A stretch of DNA of 64,000 nucleotides. Source: Chloroflexota bacterium. GTDB lineage: Bacteria > Chloroflexota > UBA11872 > VXOZ01. Shown piece by piece: positions 40,804 to 50,446 of the stretch (positions are counted from its first letter, which is position 1; each line of letters begins with the position of its first letter). The position numbers were made by a program, and so were the translations under genes. A model generated the notes under the pieces. It was given only the letters and a program-made list of their open reading frames with translations. It was not told the DNA's origin and made no database searches. The stretch covers positions 96,001 to 160,000 of the forward strand of contig CAXXVD010000004.1 of NCBI GenBank assembly GCA_963662335.2, in the 5' to 3' direction.

Positions 40804-42273
40804 ATGGCGCGCGTGCTTATCGCGGAATTGCAGCAGGAGACGGCAACGTTCAACCCGCATCTGACCCAGTACGAGGACTTTCGCGTCGTGCGCGGCGCCG
40901 CTATCGTGGAGGAACTGCGCGGCACCAATACGGAGATTGCGGGCGCGCTCGACGTCTTTGCGGAACACCCCGACGTTGCGGTCGTTCCCACCATGGCGGC
41001 CTGGGCCGTGCCCCATGGTCCCGTCGCGGACGCCGTACTCGATCGGCTAATTCAAGAGATCATCGCTGCCATGGAGGCGGAGGGCAGCGTGGACGCGGTG
41101 CTGCTCGTGCTGCACGGCGCCATGGCGAGCGAGACCGAATTCGACCCGGAAGGCAGGCTGTTGGCAGCGGTGCGGGCGCGGGTGGGCGCCATTCCCCTTG
41201 TCGCCTCGCTGGACTTCCACGCCGTCATCACCGACCGCATGTTGCAAAACGCCGACATGATGGTCGGCTACCACACGTATCCCCACACGGATTTCTACGA
41301 GACCGGCGTGCGGGCCGCGCGCAACCTGGTGCGCATGTTTAAGGAGAACGCCGCGCCGGCCACGGCCCGCGTCAAGATCCCGCTCATGGCGCGGGGCGAC
41401 GAACTGCTCACGGACACGGGACGCTTTGGCGAGGCGATTCGCATGTGCCAGGCCCTCGAAGAGTCCCCGGGCGGGCTAGCCGCCAACATCTACCTCTCCA
41501 ATCCCTTCACCGACGTGCCCGATCTCCAGTCCTACGTCATCGTAACCACGGACGGCGACCAGGAGCGGGCGAATGCGGAAGCCGAACGGATTGCGCGCTT
41601 CATGTGGGAGAATCGCGACCTGTGGATGGCCGAGTTGACGCCGCTCCCCGAAGCGGTTGCCCTGGCGCGGGCCACGCCCGGCCTGACCGTCTTTTCCGAT
41701 GCCGCCGACGCCACCTCTTCCGGCGCGCCGGGCGACAGCAACGCCGTGTTGAAAGAGTTGCTGGCGCAGGACTATGACGGCAAGGCCCTCATCCCGCTCA
41801 TCGACGCGCCCGCCGTGGCGGCCGCGTTCGCGGCCGGCGTCGGCGAGACCGTTACCCTGCCATTGGGCGGCACCATGGATCCCGGCCGCAACGCGCCATT
41901 TACGGCAACTGTTTATGTAAAGAGCCTGCACGACGGCGAATTCGCCTATGAAAACAGCGTCATCGAACAGGCCGGCCGCACGGCGGTGCTCACGATTGGC
42001 AACGTCTCCGTGCTGACCACCGAACGCCTCATTCTGTTCGTCGGCCGCCGGGTGTTCCAGGCGTTCGGCCTGGAGCCGCAGGACTTCTCCTTAGTGGTCG
42101 CGAAATCCCCTAACGGCTTTCGCACCTGGTACGAGGAGATCGCAGCCCGCATCGTGCATCTGGACACGCCCGGCTCCGCCAGCCTCAATCTCGAGTCGCT
42201 GCCCTACGAACACTGTGTGCGCCCGATCTATCCGCTGGATGACGACGTTACCGCTGACTTGCGCGCCGGGTAA
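40804..42273 (+). CDS. M81 family metallopeptidase (MlrC-like)
   Basis: QETATFN, LHGAM, LDFHA, YHTYPHTD, DAADATSSGAPGD. Confidence 0.9.
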   Translation: MARVLIAELQQETATFNPHLTQYEDFRVVRGAAIVEELRGTNTEIAGALDVFAEHPDVAVVPTMAAWAVPHGPVADAVLDRLIQEIIAAMEAEGSVDAVLLVLHGAMASETEFDPEGRLLAAVRARVGAIPLVASLDFHAVITDRMLQNADMMVGYHTYPHTDFYETGVRAARNLVRMFKENAAPATARVKIPLMARGDELLTDTGRFGEAIRMCQALEESPGGLAANIYLSNPFTDVPDLQSYVIVTTDGDQERANAEAERIARFMWENRDLWMAELTPLPEAVALARATPGLTVFSDAADATSSGAPGDSNAVLKELLAQDYDGKALIPLIDAPAVAAAFAAGVGETVTLPLGGTMDPGRNAPFTATVYVKSLHDGEFAYENSVIEQAGRTAVLTIGNVSVLTTERLILFVGRRVFQAFGLEPQDFSLVVAKSPNGFRTWYEEIAARIVHLDTPGSASLNLESLPYEHCVRPIYPLDDDVTADLRAG

Positions 42274-42324
42274 CCGGCGGAAGCCGGGACGAGCGCCCTC
42301 CCGCGCGGCGCGAAAGGCGGAGCG

Positions 42325-43044
42325 ATGATTTCACGCCACGAGAAGCCGGCCTACGTGCGGCGCATGTTCGACGCCATCGCGCCGACGTACGACTTCATGA
42401 ACACGGTCATGACGGCCGGCGCGCACCATCTCTGGCGGCGCGCGGTGGCGCGCCAGATCGTAGAAGATGATCCCCAGGTCGTACTGGACCTGGCCTGCGG
42501 CACCGGCGACCTCAGCTTTGCCGTCATGCGGGAAGCCATGGCCCCGTGCACGATCCTGGGCGCGGATTTCTCACGTCCCATGCTCGAACTGGCCCAGCGG
42601 AAGCACGCGCGCCTGCCGGAACAACGCTTTCCCATCACGTTCATGTGTGCGGACGGGTTGGCGCTCCCGCTGCCGGACGCCAGCGTTGACGTGGTGACGA
42701 ACGCGTTTCTGCTGCGCAATCTGGTTGACCTGCACGAGTTCTTCAGTGAGTGCGAGCGCGTGCTGCGGCCCGGCGGCAAGCTCATCTCATTGGAAATTAC
42801 CCACCCACCGTATCCGGGGTTTCGCCAGGCCTTCCAACTCTACTTCAACAACGTCGTGCCGCTGCTGGGCAAGTTGCTGGTGCGCCACTTGGAAGCGTAT
42901 ACGTACCTGCCCACGTCGCTGCAACCCTTCCCGGACGCGCCCGCCCTGGCGCAAGTCCTACGCGCCGCCGGCTACGCGGAGGTTTCGTACCGCTACCTTG
43001 GCTTGGGCACAGTAGCCGTGCACAGCGCAAGTAAGGTATCCTAG
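42325..43044 (+). CDS. menG: UbiE/MenG demethylmenaquinone methyltransferase
   Basis: MFDAIAPTYDFMN, LDLACGTGD, DFSRPML, RVLRPGG, AYTYL. Confidence 0.9.
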   Translation: MISRHEKPAYVRRMFDAIAPTYDFMNTVMTAGAHHLWRRAVARQIVEDDPQVVLDLACGTGDLSFAVMREAMAPCTILGADFSRPMLELAQRKHARLPEQRFPITFMCADGLALPLPDASVDVVTNAFLLRNLVDLHEFFSECERVLRPGGKLISLEITHPPYPGFRQAFQLYFNNVVPLLGKLLVRHLEAYTYLPTSLQPFPDAPALAQVLRAAGYAEVSYRYLGLGTVAVHSASKVS

Positions 43045-43097
43045 CGGGAGACTGAACTGACGAGCAATCCGCCTACCCACAAAAGGAGAATGAACCC

Positions 43098-44264
43098 ATG
43101 AAACGACGCCTCAGCCTGGCGGCACTTCTTGCCTTCCTCTTTGCGCTCATCGCCGCGCCGGCCGCGTTTGCGGCCGACTTTCGCGTCGATACCGATATTA
43201 CGATCGCCAAGGGCGAAGTCATCGACGACGACCTCTACCTCTTCGGCACCACCATCGTCATCGACGGCACGGTCAACGGCAACGTCATCGTCGCCGGCAC
43301 GACGGTGAAGATCAACGGCACGGTGAATGGCGCCGCCGACATTGCCGCCACAGACCTGGTGGTCAACGGCGTGGTTTCACAGAGCGTACGCGCAGCCGCG
43401 AATAGCGTGACGATTGTAGGCTCCATTGGCGAGGACCTTCTGCTGGCCGCCAACACCGCGGAAATCGGCGCCGACGCCGGCATTGGCCGCGACCTGATCG
43501 CGTATGCAAACACGCTGACGCTGGACGGCGCGGTGGAGCGGCGTTTGAGCGGCGGCATGGGAACGCTGAACCTGAACGGCGCCGTGGGCACGGATGTTGA
43601 CATCGACGTGGACAGCCTCGTCATTGCGGACGGCGCACGCATAGGCCGCGACCTCACCTATCGCTCGAACGAGGCGGCCGAAATTGCCTCCGGCGCGCAA
43701 ATCGGCGGCGAGATTACGGCTGAAGAATCGGCCGTCACGGACGTGGAAGAGGGCTTCTCGTTTGACTCGTACGTGCCCGCCGTCATCGGCCTCCTGATGG
43801 CGGTGGTCTACGGCACTGTGCTGCTCTTCGGCTTCCCCCGACTCACGGTGGCAGCCTCGAACCAGTTGATTGGCAGCCCGCTGCTGAGCCTGGGCCTGGG
43901 CGTGGTCTTCCTCATCGTGGTGCCGATACTCTCCGTGATCGTGATGATTACGGTTGTCGGCATTCCGCTGGGAATTGTTGCGCTGCTGCTCTACGGCATC
44001 GCGCTCTTTTCGGGTCAAGTGTTCGTGGGCATGTCCATCGGTAGGCTGATCTTCAGCTTCTTCACCGACGCCAATCGCCGCCTCATTCAGTTTGTGGGAC
44101 TGCTGCTCGGCTTGATAATACTCTTCGCGCTCGGCTTCATTCCCTACGTCGGCGCGTGGATTCCGCTGCTGGTGGCGATATTCGGCTTGGGCGGCTTGAT
44201 GGTGGCGCTCGGCCGGCTGCGCCAGGAGCCGGCGCGGGCCGGGTCGGCGCCGGCTGAAGGATAG
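43098..44264 (+). CDS. Signal-peptide protein with bactofilin-like (polymer-forming) beta-helix and C-terminal multi-TM domain
   Basis: AAFA signal peptide, repeated IDGTVNG/INGTVNG/LNGAVG units, hydrophobic C-terminus (ITVVGIPLG). Confidence 0.8.
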   Translation: MKRRLSLAALLAFLFALIAAPAAFAADFRVDTDITIAKGEVIDDDLYLFGTTIVIDGTVNGNVIVAGTTVKINGTVNGAADIAATDLVVNGVVSQSVRAAANSVTIVGSIGEDLLLAANTAEIGADAGIGRDLIAYANTLTLDGAVERRLSGGMGTLNLNGAVGTDVDIDVDSLVIADGARIGRDLTYRSNEAAEIASGAQIGGEITAEESAVTDVEEGFSFDSYVPAVIGLLMAVVYGTVLLFGFPRLTVAASNQLIGSPLLSLGLGVVFLIVVPILSVIVMITVVGIPLGIVALLLYGIALFSGQVFVGMSIGRLIFSFFTDANRRLIQFVGLLLGLIILFALGFIPYVGAWIPLLVAIFGLGGLMVALGRLRQEPARAGSAPAEG

Positions 44265-44269
44265 GCCTT

Positions 44270-45322
44270 GTGCGGAAGGGAGTAGCCGCCGCCGGTTGCA
44301 CGGCGGCGGGACTCACCTTCGACTCCGCTCCCTCCCGCCAAGCCTGGGACGAATTCGTCAGCGCCGGGGGCGGTCAACTGCTCCAAAGCTGGGCGTGGGG
44401 CGAATTCAAGGCCCGCACCGGATGGCAAACGGCGCGCATGGTGTGCCTGCGCGACGGGCGGCCCGTCGCGGCCGCCCAGTGGCTGCGGCGGCGCGTGCCG
44501 TTGCTGGGCGCGCTGGCGTACGTGCCCCGGGGGCCGGTGGTGGCGCGGGACGAATTCGCGCTGGTTGCGCCGTTGCTGCGGCAAGTCGCGCTGGCTGCGC
44601 GGCGCGCGGGCGCGTTCGGCCTGTGGCTCGAACCACCGTGGGAGAAAGAGAGCGGCCCGGCGCTACCGCCCGGGTATGCCGCCACTGCCCAGTACATACA
44701 GCCCCAGGCCACCGGCCTCGTCGATCTCCGTCCGCCGTGCGACGCCGTGCTCAGCGGATTCCACGGCAGTATGCGCCGCAATATCCGCTTGGCCGTGCGG
44801 CGCGGCCTGGAAGTGCGTGAAGGAAGCGGCGAGAGCGACTGGCGCGAGTTCTACGCGCTCTTGACGGAGACGGCCGCGCGCGACGAATTCGGCATTCATA
44901 CGTGGCCCTACTTCGCGGCGATGCGCGAGACCCTGGAGGAGCCGGGGATTGCCACGCTATTTTTGGCCGAGCACGGCGGCAAACCCGTAGGCGGCTTGCT
45001 GCTGACCGTGTACGGCGGTGTTGCCGCCTACCTCTTTGGCGCCAGCGCCACGCAGGCGAGAGACCTGCGGGTGGGCCACGGCTTGCAGTGGCGCGCCATG
45101 TGTTGGGCTAAGGAACGCGGCTGCCACACCTACGATCTCTGGGGTATGCCGGCCGCAGCCGGCGCGGACGCTCCTCTCGCCGGGGTCTACCGTTTCAAGC
45201 AAGGGTTCTCGCCCCAGGTTGTCAGCTACGCCCCCACGGCGGTTGCCGCGCTCGATGCGCGCCGCTTCTGGCTTTGGCAGCGGCTCGCGCCGCTGGCGCG
45301 CAAAATCCTGCCCGGGCTCTAG
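44270..45322 (+). CDS. FemABX family peptidoglycan bridge peptidyltransferase
   Basis: LLQSWAWGEFK, YVPRGP, RRNIRLA, YDLWG, GVYRFKQGF. Confidence 0.9.
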   Translation: MRKGVAAAGCTAAGLTFDSAPSRQAWDEFVSAGGGQLLQSWAWGEFKARTGWQTARMVCLRDGRPVAAAQWLRRRVPLLGALAYVPRGPVVARDEFALVAPLLRQVALAARRAGAFGLWLEPPWEKESGPALPPGYAATAQYIQPQATGLVDLRPPCDAVLSGFHGSMRRNIRLAVRRGLEVREGSGESDWREFYALLTETAARDEFGIHTWPYFAAMRETLEEPGIATLFLAEHGGKPVGGLLLTVYGGVAAYLFGASATQARDLRVGHGLQWRAMCWAKERGCHTYDLWGMPAAAGADAPLAGVYRFKQGFSPQVVSYAPTAVAALDARRFWLWQRLAPLARKILPGL

Positions 45323-45362
45323 AGACCTTTCACACTCGACGCGCCTCGTTGGTTGCAACGCT

Positions 45363-46403
45363 TTGAAGTCTTCCTCTCTCAACGTCATCACAAACGTCGC
45401 CCAAGTTGCGTGGACGGAGGCCTTGTCGACTCTGCCGCCCCCGCATTTCCTCCAAACCTGGGAGTGGGGCGCGCTCAAGGCGCGCTACGGCTGGCGCGTC
45501 CAGCGCTTCCTCTATGAGCGAGACGGCCAGGTCGTTGCCGCCTGCACAGTGCTCACCCGCCGTCTCGCTCCGCTGCCGTGGACCATTGCCTACGTCCCCA
45601 AAGGCCCCCTGCTAGACTACGCCGGCACGGCCCTGTTCGAGGCGGTGCTCGAGCACGTTGCCGCCGTCGCCGGGGCGGCGCGGGCCGCGTACGTAAAAGT
45701 CGATCCCGATTTCTCCGCCAAAAACCGGCAGGCGCAGCGCATCTACCGGCGGCGCGGCTGGCGGGCGAGTGAGGAGCAGATTCAGTTTCCCCACACCGCC
45801 GTGCTCGACCTCAGTCCCGGGCCGGAGGCGCTGCTGGCCACCATGAAACCGAAGACGCGCTACAATATCCGCTTGGCGGGCCGCCGGGGCGTGGAAATCG
45901 AGCCAACGACCGACTGGCAGACGCTCTTCACGCTCTACGCGGAGACCGCGCGGCGCGACGGCTTTGCCATCCGCGAAGAGGGCTACTACCACGCGCTGTG
46001 GTCTGCCTTCCAGCAATCCGGCCAGGGGGAAGCCTTCGTGGCGCGCGTTGAAGGCGAGGCCGTGGCCGGACTCTTCCTCATGCATACCGGCGACACCGGC
46101 TGGTTCTTCACCGGCGCTTCCTCACAGCGACAGCGGGAGAAAATGCCCAACTACCTGCTCCAGTGGCACGCCATCCAATGGCTCAGCGCGCGCGGCTACC
46201 GCCGGTATGACTTGTGGGGCGCGCCCGACGTGTCGGATGACGACGATCCACTGTGGGGCGTCTACCGCTTCAAACAAGGCTTTGGCGCGCGCTACGCGCC
46301 GGGTCTCGGCGCGTACGACCGTGTGTTGAACCGCCCGCTCTACTACGCCTTAACACAGGTCATGCCTCGGTATTGGCGGCTGCGCCGCCGCCTTCTCCGC
46401 TAG
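45363..46403 (+). CDS. FemABX family peptidyltransferase, second paralog
   Basis: FLQTWEWGALK, YVPKGP, KTRYNIRLA, MPNYLLQW, YDLWG, GVYRFKQGFG. Start uncertain. Confidence 0.9.
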   Translation: MKSSSLNVITNVAQVAWTEALSTLPPPHFLQTWEWGALKARYGWRVQRFLYERDGQVVAACTVLTRRLAPLPWTIAYVPKGPLLDYAGTALFEAVLEHVAAVAGAARAAYVKVDPDFSAKNRQAQRIYRRRGWRASEEQIQFPHTAVLDLSPGPEALLATMKPKTRYNIRLAGRRGVEIEPTTDWQTLFTLYAETARRDGFAIREEGYYHALWSAFQQSGQGEAFVARVEGEAVAGLFLMHTGDTGWFFTGASSQRQREKMPNYLLQWHAIQWLSARGYRRYDLWGAPDVSDDDDPLWGVYRFKQGFGARYAPGLGAYDRVLNRPLYYALTQVMPRYWRLRRRLLR

Positions 46404-46426
46404 ATCTTGCCGCGCTTGGCCGTTGC

Positions 46427-46493
46427 TTGACCGCGAGGGCGTCGCTTGGCCGCGAAGGCGTCGCTTGACCGCAAGTGCGGCGTACACTACCAT
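46427..46493 (+). promoter_or_regulatory. Three 19-bp tandem units ending in a sigma70-like promoter
   Basis: TTG(A/G)CCGC-initiated units at 46427, 46446 and 46465. TTGACC-17-TACCAT at 46465-46493. Confidence 0.55.
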
Positions 46494-46532
46494 GCGCGCG
46501 TACACTTCTTCGATCCCTGGGAGCAATTGGCA

Positions 46533-47903
46533 GTGGCCAGAATCGCCTTCATCGGCGCCGGCAGCGTGACCTTCGCGCGACGCATCCTGACCGACGTCCT
46601 CACCTGGCCGGAACAGAGCGAGAGCGCGCTGGCCCTCATGGACGTCGACGCCGAGACACTCGCGATCACGGGTCAATTCGTCGCGCAACTCATCCGCGAG
46701 CAGAATCTTGGCGCAACCGTCACGACCACACTCGACCGGCGGGAAGCGCTGGCCGGCGCCGATTACGTGATTACGGCCATTGACGTGGGCGGCCAGCCGC
46801 TGCGCATGAAGGACTGGCAGATTCCCGCGCAATACGGCGTCTACCAGACGGTAGCCGACACCCTTGGCCCCGGCGGCGTCTTTCGCGGTCTGCGCACCGC
46901 GCCGGTGCTCGCGTCAATCGCGCAAGACATGGAGGAGCTTTGCCCCGACGCCCTGCTCATCAATTACGCCAACCCCATGAACATCAACATGTGGCTCATC
47001 GGCGCTACCAGCGGCATTCGCGCCGTAGGGCTCTGCCACAGCGTGCAGGGCACGGCCGGCCAGCTTGCCGGCTACCTGGGCCTGGAACCGGATGACGTGT
47101 CGTACTGGGTGGCCGGCATCAATCACCAGGCGTGGTTTTTGCAACTCCGCCGCGACACCTATCGCGGGGATGACCTCTACCCGCGCCTGCGCGCGGCGCT
47201 GGACGACCCGGAAATATACGCCAAAGACAGCGTGCGCTTCGAGGTTCTGCGCCACTTCAACTATTTCGTCACCGAGTCGAGCCACCATATGTCGGAGTAC
47301 ACGCCGTGGTTTCGCCGCACGGCCGCGGACCGCGCGCGCTTCATGCCCGTACACTTGAGGCGCTGGGCGGAGCAGAATGACGTGGCGCGAGACGAACGCG
47401 GGCGGATTCTGGATGAGGAAGCGCAAATACGCGAAGCCTTCATGTACGCGCGGCAGGAGCGGCGGGAGGACTACTTCGCAAAGCTGCGCCAAGACCTGGA
47501 AAGCCCCGAACCGCTGCCTTTCAACCGCACCCACGAGTACTGCTCGTTCATACTCCACGCCGTCGAGACCAATTCGCCCTATCGCTTCAACGGCAACGTC
47601 CCAAACACCGGCTTGATTACTAATCTTCCCCCGGGTTGCAACGTGGAAGTCCCAATCCTGGTGGACGGCGCCGGCATGCATCCGTGCTACGTCGGCGATT
47701 TGCCCGCCCAGTGCGCCGCTATCAACCGCACCAACGTCAACGTGCAAGAACTGACCGTGCAGGCGCTCGTGGAGCAAGACCGGCGCCGCGTCTACGAGGC
47801 GATTGCGCTCGACCCGCTCACCACAACCCAGTGCTCGCTGGAAGACGTGCGCGCCATGACCGACCAACTCTTTGAGGCAAGCGCGGATTTCTTGACGATC
47901 TAG
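46533..47903 (+). CDS. Family 4 glycoside hydrolase (alpha-galactosidase/alpha-glucosidase, MelA-like)
   Basis: IAFIGAGS, QTVADTLGPGG, INYANPM, GLCHS, AGINH, TESSHHMSEY, VEVP. Confidence 0.93.
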   Translation: MARIAFIGAGSVTFARRILTDVLTWPEQSESALALMDVDAETLAITGQFVAQLIREQNLGATVTTTLDRREALAGADYVITAIDVGGQPLRMKDWQIPAQYGVYQTVADTLGPGGVFRGLRTAPVLASIAQDMEELCPDALLINYANPMNINMWLIGATSGIRAVGLCHSVQGTAGQLAGYLGLEPDDVSYWVAGINHQAWFLQLRRDTYRGDDLYPRLRAALDDPEIYAKDSVRFEVLRHFNYFVTESSHHMSEYTPWFRRTAADRARFMPVHLRRWAEQNDVARDERGRILDEEAQIREAFMYARQERREDYFAKLRQDLESPEPLPFNRTHEYCSFILHAVETNSPYRFNGNVPNTGLITNLPPGCNVEVPILVDGAGMHPCYVGDLPAQCAAINRTNVNVQELTVQALVEQDRRRVYEAIALDPLTTTQCSLEDVRAMTDQLFEASADFLTI

Positions 47904-47916
47904 GTGCGGGCGCGCA

Positions 47917-47945
47917 TAGATTCCTCGCTGCGCTCGGAATGACAT
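47917..47945 (+). repeat. Intergenic repeat identical to 23458-23486
   Basis: TAGATTCCTCGCTGCGCTCGGAATGACAT occurs at both sites. Confidence 0.9.
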
Positions 47946-48075
47946 ACGTTGCCAACGATGGCTATTGGTCAGGAGAATCTGTCAACGAATTAGTCAGCAC
48001 TTACTGGAATGACAGGGAGCGTAGTCCCGCCTTCCGTAGCGCTCATGCTCACTATTCTCACATAGGTCACGTGCC

Positions 48076-48465
48076 ATGGACGATGAACGCAACCGCGCCG
48101 CGGCCCACGAGGAACCGCCGGAACATCAGGCGCAAGCGCCCGGACCGGCCGGTCCCGTAGACAGGACGGCCGAGGGCTTTCCCATTTGCCAGTGGTGCGG
48201 CGGCGCGATTACGGCAAAAGACGACCTGGTCGTTGCCGAGAACGAGACCGGCGTGCCGGCCCGCATCGCGCCGGTGGGCTACACCGCGCCGCGCACGTTC
48301 GGCGCCTATCACCGCGACTGCCATGCCGAAGCCGCCGAAGAGGGCTTTGGCGAGCCGCCGCCGACCGGCACAGGCACGTTCTGGACGCCGGTCAACGTCG
48401 CCATCGTTTGCGCCAGCCTGCTGCTAATCCTCATTGTGCTGCTCGTTGCGGTCTTTCCGCGGTAG
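48076..48465 (+). CDS. Small tail-anchored membrane protein with a putative zinc finger
   Basis: CQWC...YHRDC followed by a C-terminal TM helix. Confidence 0.6.
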   Translation: MDDERNRAAAHEEPPEHQAQAPGPAGPVDRTAEGFPICQWCGGAITAKDDLVVAENETGVPARIAPVGYTAPRTFGAYHRDCHAEAAEEGFGEPPPTGTGTFWTPVNVAIVCASLLLILIVLLVAVFPR

Positions 48466-48480
48466 CACCCGCGCCCGCAC

Positions 48481-48509
48481 TTGACGGCATCGCGGGCATA
48501 GCGTAGACT
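48481..48509 (+). promoter_or_regulatory. Sigma70-type promoter for the ABC ATPase
   Basis: TTGACG-17-TAGACT. Confidence 0.6.
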
Positions 48510-48650
48510 TCACGTAAGCTGTGCTGGGCGCAGGCGTGCCGCTTTGCGCGTCTACCCGCTCAGGCGCAGGAGGACAGCAAATATCCGTCGTGTTGGAAAG
48601 CACGACACCGGGCGGCAAGAACCGCAAGCGCACAGAAGGAGGCGCCGCAG

Positions 48651-49760
48651 ATGGCTAGCGTAACCCTTGAAGCCGTGACAAAGCGCTTTGGCGAAGTTGT
48701 CGCGGTGAGCAACATGAACCTGGAAGTGAAGGACAAGGAGTTCCTGGTCCTGGTCGGGCCGTCCGGCTGCGGCAAGTCGACCACGCTGCGCATGATTGCG
48801 GGGCTTGAAGAGATCACCGAGGGCAGCCTCTTCATCGGCGACCGCTTGGTCAACGACGTGCCGCCGAAGGACCGGGACATCGCCATGGTGTTCCAGTCCT
48901 ACGCGCTCTACCCGCACATGTCGGTGTACGACAACCTGGCCTTCGGTCTGCGGCTGCGCCGCACGCCCAAGAAAGAGATCGACCGCCGGGTGCGTGAGAG
49001 CGCGGAAATGCTCGGCATCGGCGAACTGCTCAACCGCAAGCCGCGGCAGCTTTCCGGCGGCCAACGGCAGCGTGTGGCGTTGGGACGCGCCATCGTGCGC
49101 GACCCGGCCGTCTTCTTGATGGACGAGCCGCTCTCCAACCTCGACGCCAAACTGCGCGTTACCACGCGCGCGGAGCTCATCAAGCTCCACCGCCGCTTGG
49201 AGACCACCACCATCTACGTTACCCACGACCAGGTGGAAGCGATGACGATGGGGCACCGCATCGCCGTGATGCGCGACGGTGTCTTGCAGCAACTGGACTC
49301 GCCGCAGAACATCTACGACCACCCCTCCAATATGTTCGTAGCCGGTTTCATTGGCAGCCCGGCGATGAACTTCCAGGAGGCGACGCTCTCCGGCGACGCC
49401 GACGAGATGTGGGTGGAAACCAGCGGCTTCAAGCTCCGCTGGCCGCCCGACAAGGCCGCCAAGTTGGCCAAGGCCGAGGCTGACCGGGTCTACTTTGGCT
49501 GGCGGCCCGAGGACATGTTCGACCCGCGCTTCCGCCCGGCCGCGCTCGACGTTACCGAGGGCAACTCGATGACGGCCCGCGTAGACGTGGTGGAGACCCT
49601 GGGCTCCGAGATGTACGTCTACTGCTTGGCCGGCGACATCGACTTCGTGGCCCGGCTCGACCCGCGCGCCGAAGCCATCGTTGGCCGCGACATCGAGATG
49701 GTAGTTGACGTGGACAAGTGCCACGCCTTCGACATGCGGACGCAAGAGTCGATCTTCTAG
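48651..49760 (+). CDS. Sugar ABC transporter ATPase (UgpC/MalK/MsmX family)
   Basis: GPSGCGKST, MVFQSYALYPHM, LSGGQRQR, DEPLSNLD, TOBE tail. Confidence 0.96.
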   Translation: MASVTLEAVTKRFGEVVAVSNMNLEVKDKEFLVLVGPSGCGKSTTLRMIAGLEEITEGSLFIGDRLVNDVPPKDRDIAMVFQSYALYPHMSVYDNLAFGLRLRRTPKKEIDRRVRESAEMLGIGELLNRKPRQLSGGQRQRVALGRAIVRDPAVFLMDEPLSNLDAKLRVTTRAELIKLHRRLETTTIYVTHDQVEAMTMGHRIAVMRDGVLQQLDSPQNIYDHPSNMFVAGFIGSPAMNFQEATLSGDADEMWVETSGFKLRWPPDKAAKLAKAEADRVYFGWRPEDMFDPRFRPAALDVTEGNSMTARVDVVETLGSEMYVYCLAGDIDFVARLDPRAEAIVGRDIEMVVDVDKCHAFDMRTQESIF

Positions 49761-49817
49761 TTCAGGCAACATCCGCTGCCTGCCGGTGCTGCACCGGCGG
49801 CGCAACTAAGCCGAAAA

Positions 49818-49852
49818 AGAGAGAGGAGGCGGGAATTCCTGCCTCCTCTCTT
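49818..49852. terminator. Hairpin between convergent genes, probable intrinsic terminator
   Basis: AGAGAGGAGGCGGG-AATT-CCTGCCTCCTCTCT, with an A tract on the left that is a U tract for minus-strand transcripts. Confidence 0.75.
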
Positions 49853-49876
49853 GATTTGCATACGTGCGCGGCGCGG

Positions 49877-50446
49877 CTATACCGGCAACTCCCAGAGCGC
49901 GTACCACTTGGATTGATCCCCTTCCAGCGGCAGTTCGCCGTCGGCAACGGCCTGCATCCGCAGTTCCAGCGCATTATCCCGCGTGCGTGCACCCGTCGGC
50001 GCAAATGGGTAGAACGACCCGCGCTTGTAGTTGTAGAGCCAGTAGAGTCCGGAATTCTCCATGTCCTTGAAGTGGAACGCCGCCGCCAGCAACTGGTCGC
50101 GGTAGCCGTGTTCGGACAACGTCAGGCTCACCATGTGAATCGTGGTCACCAGGTCCTCGAAATCGGGGTCTTCCAGCACCACCCAGTGGTAGCCGAACGA
50201 GTCTTCTTTGATGAGCGTATCCGTGCCCGTCTCTTTGCCGCTGACGTGCAGCAAGTCGGCAAGTTCGCGCTGCAATCCGGCAAACTGGCTTGACGAGAGC
50301 GACCGGAAGCAGATGCCGGCGCTGCCGGTGCTCTCCAGCCCGTTGCTGGCGGCGAACGCGAACGCGGCGGTGGAGATGCTCATCAGGCTTTCCAGGTGGG
50401 AGCGCACCGGCCGGCTGCGGCCCAGCAGCGCGTCCAAGAACTTCAC
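49877..50446 (-). CDS. PspA-associated protein PspAB family
   Basis: FLDALLGR, DSFGYHWVVL, DQLLAAAF, YNYKRGSFYPFAP, RDNALELR. Coupled to htpX. Confidence 0.85.
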   Translation of the reverse strand: MKFLDALLGRSRPVRSHLESLMSISTAAFAFAASNGLESTGSAGICFRSLSSSQFAGLQRELADLLHVSGKETGTDTLIKEDSFGYHWVVLEDPDFEDLVTTIHMVSLTLSEHGYRDQLLAAAFHFKDMENSGLYWLYNYKRGSFYPFAPTGARTRDNALELRMQAVADGELPLEGDQSKWYALWELPV

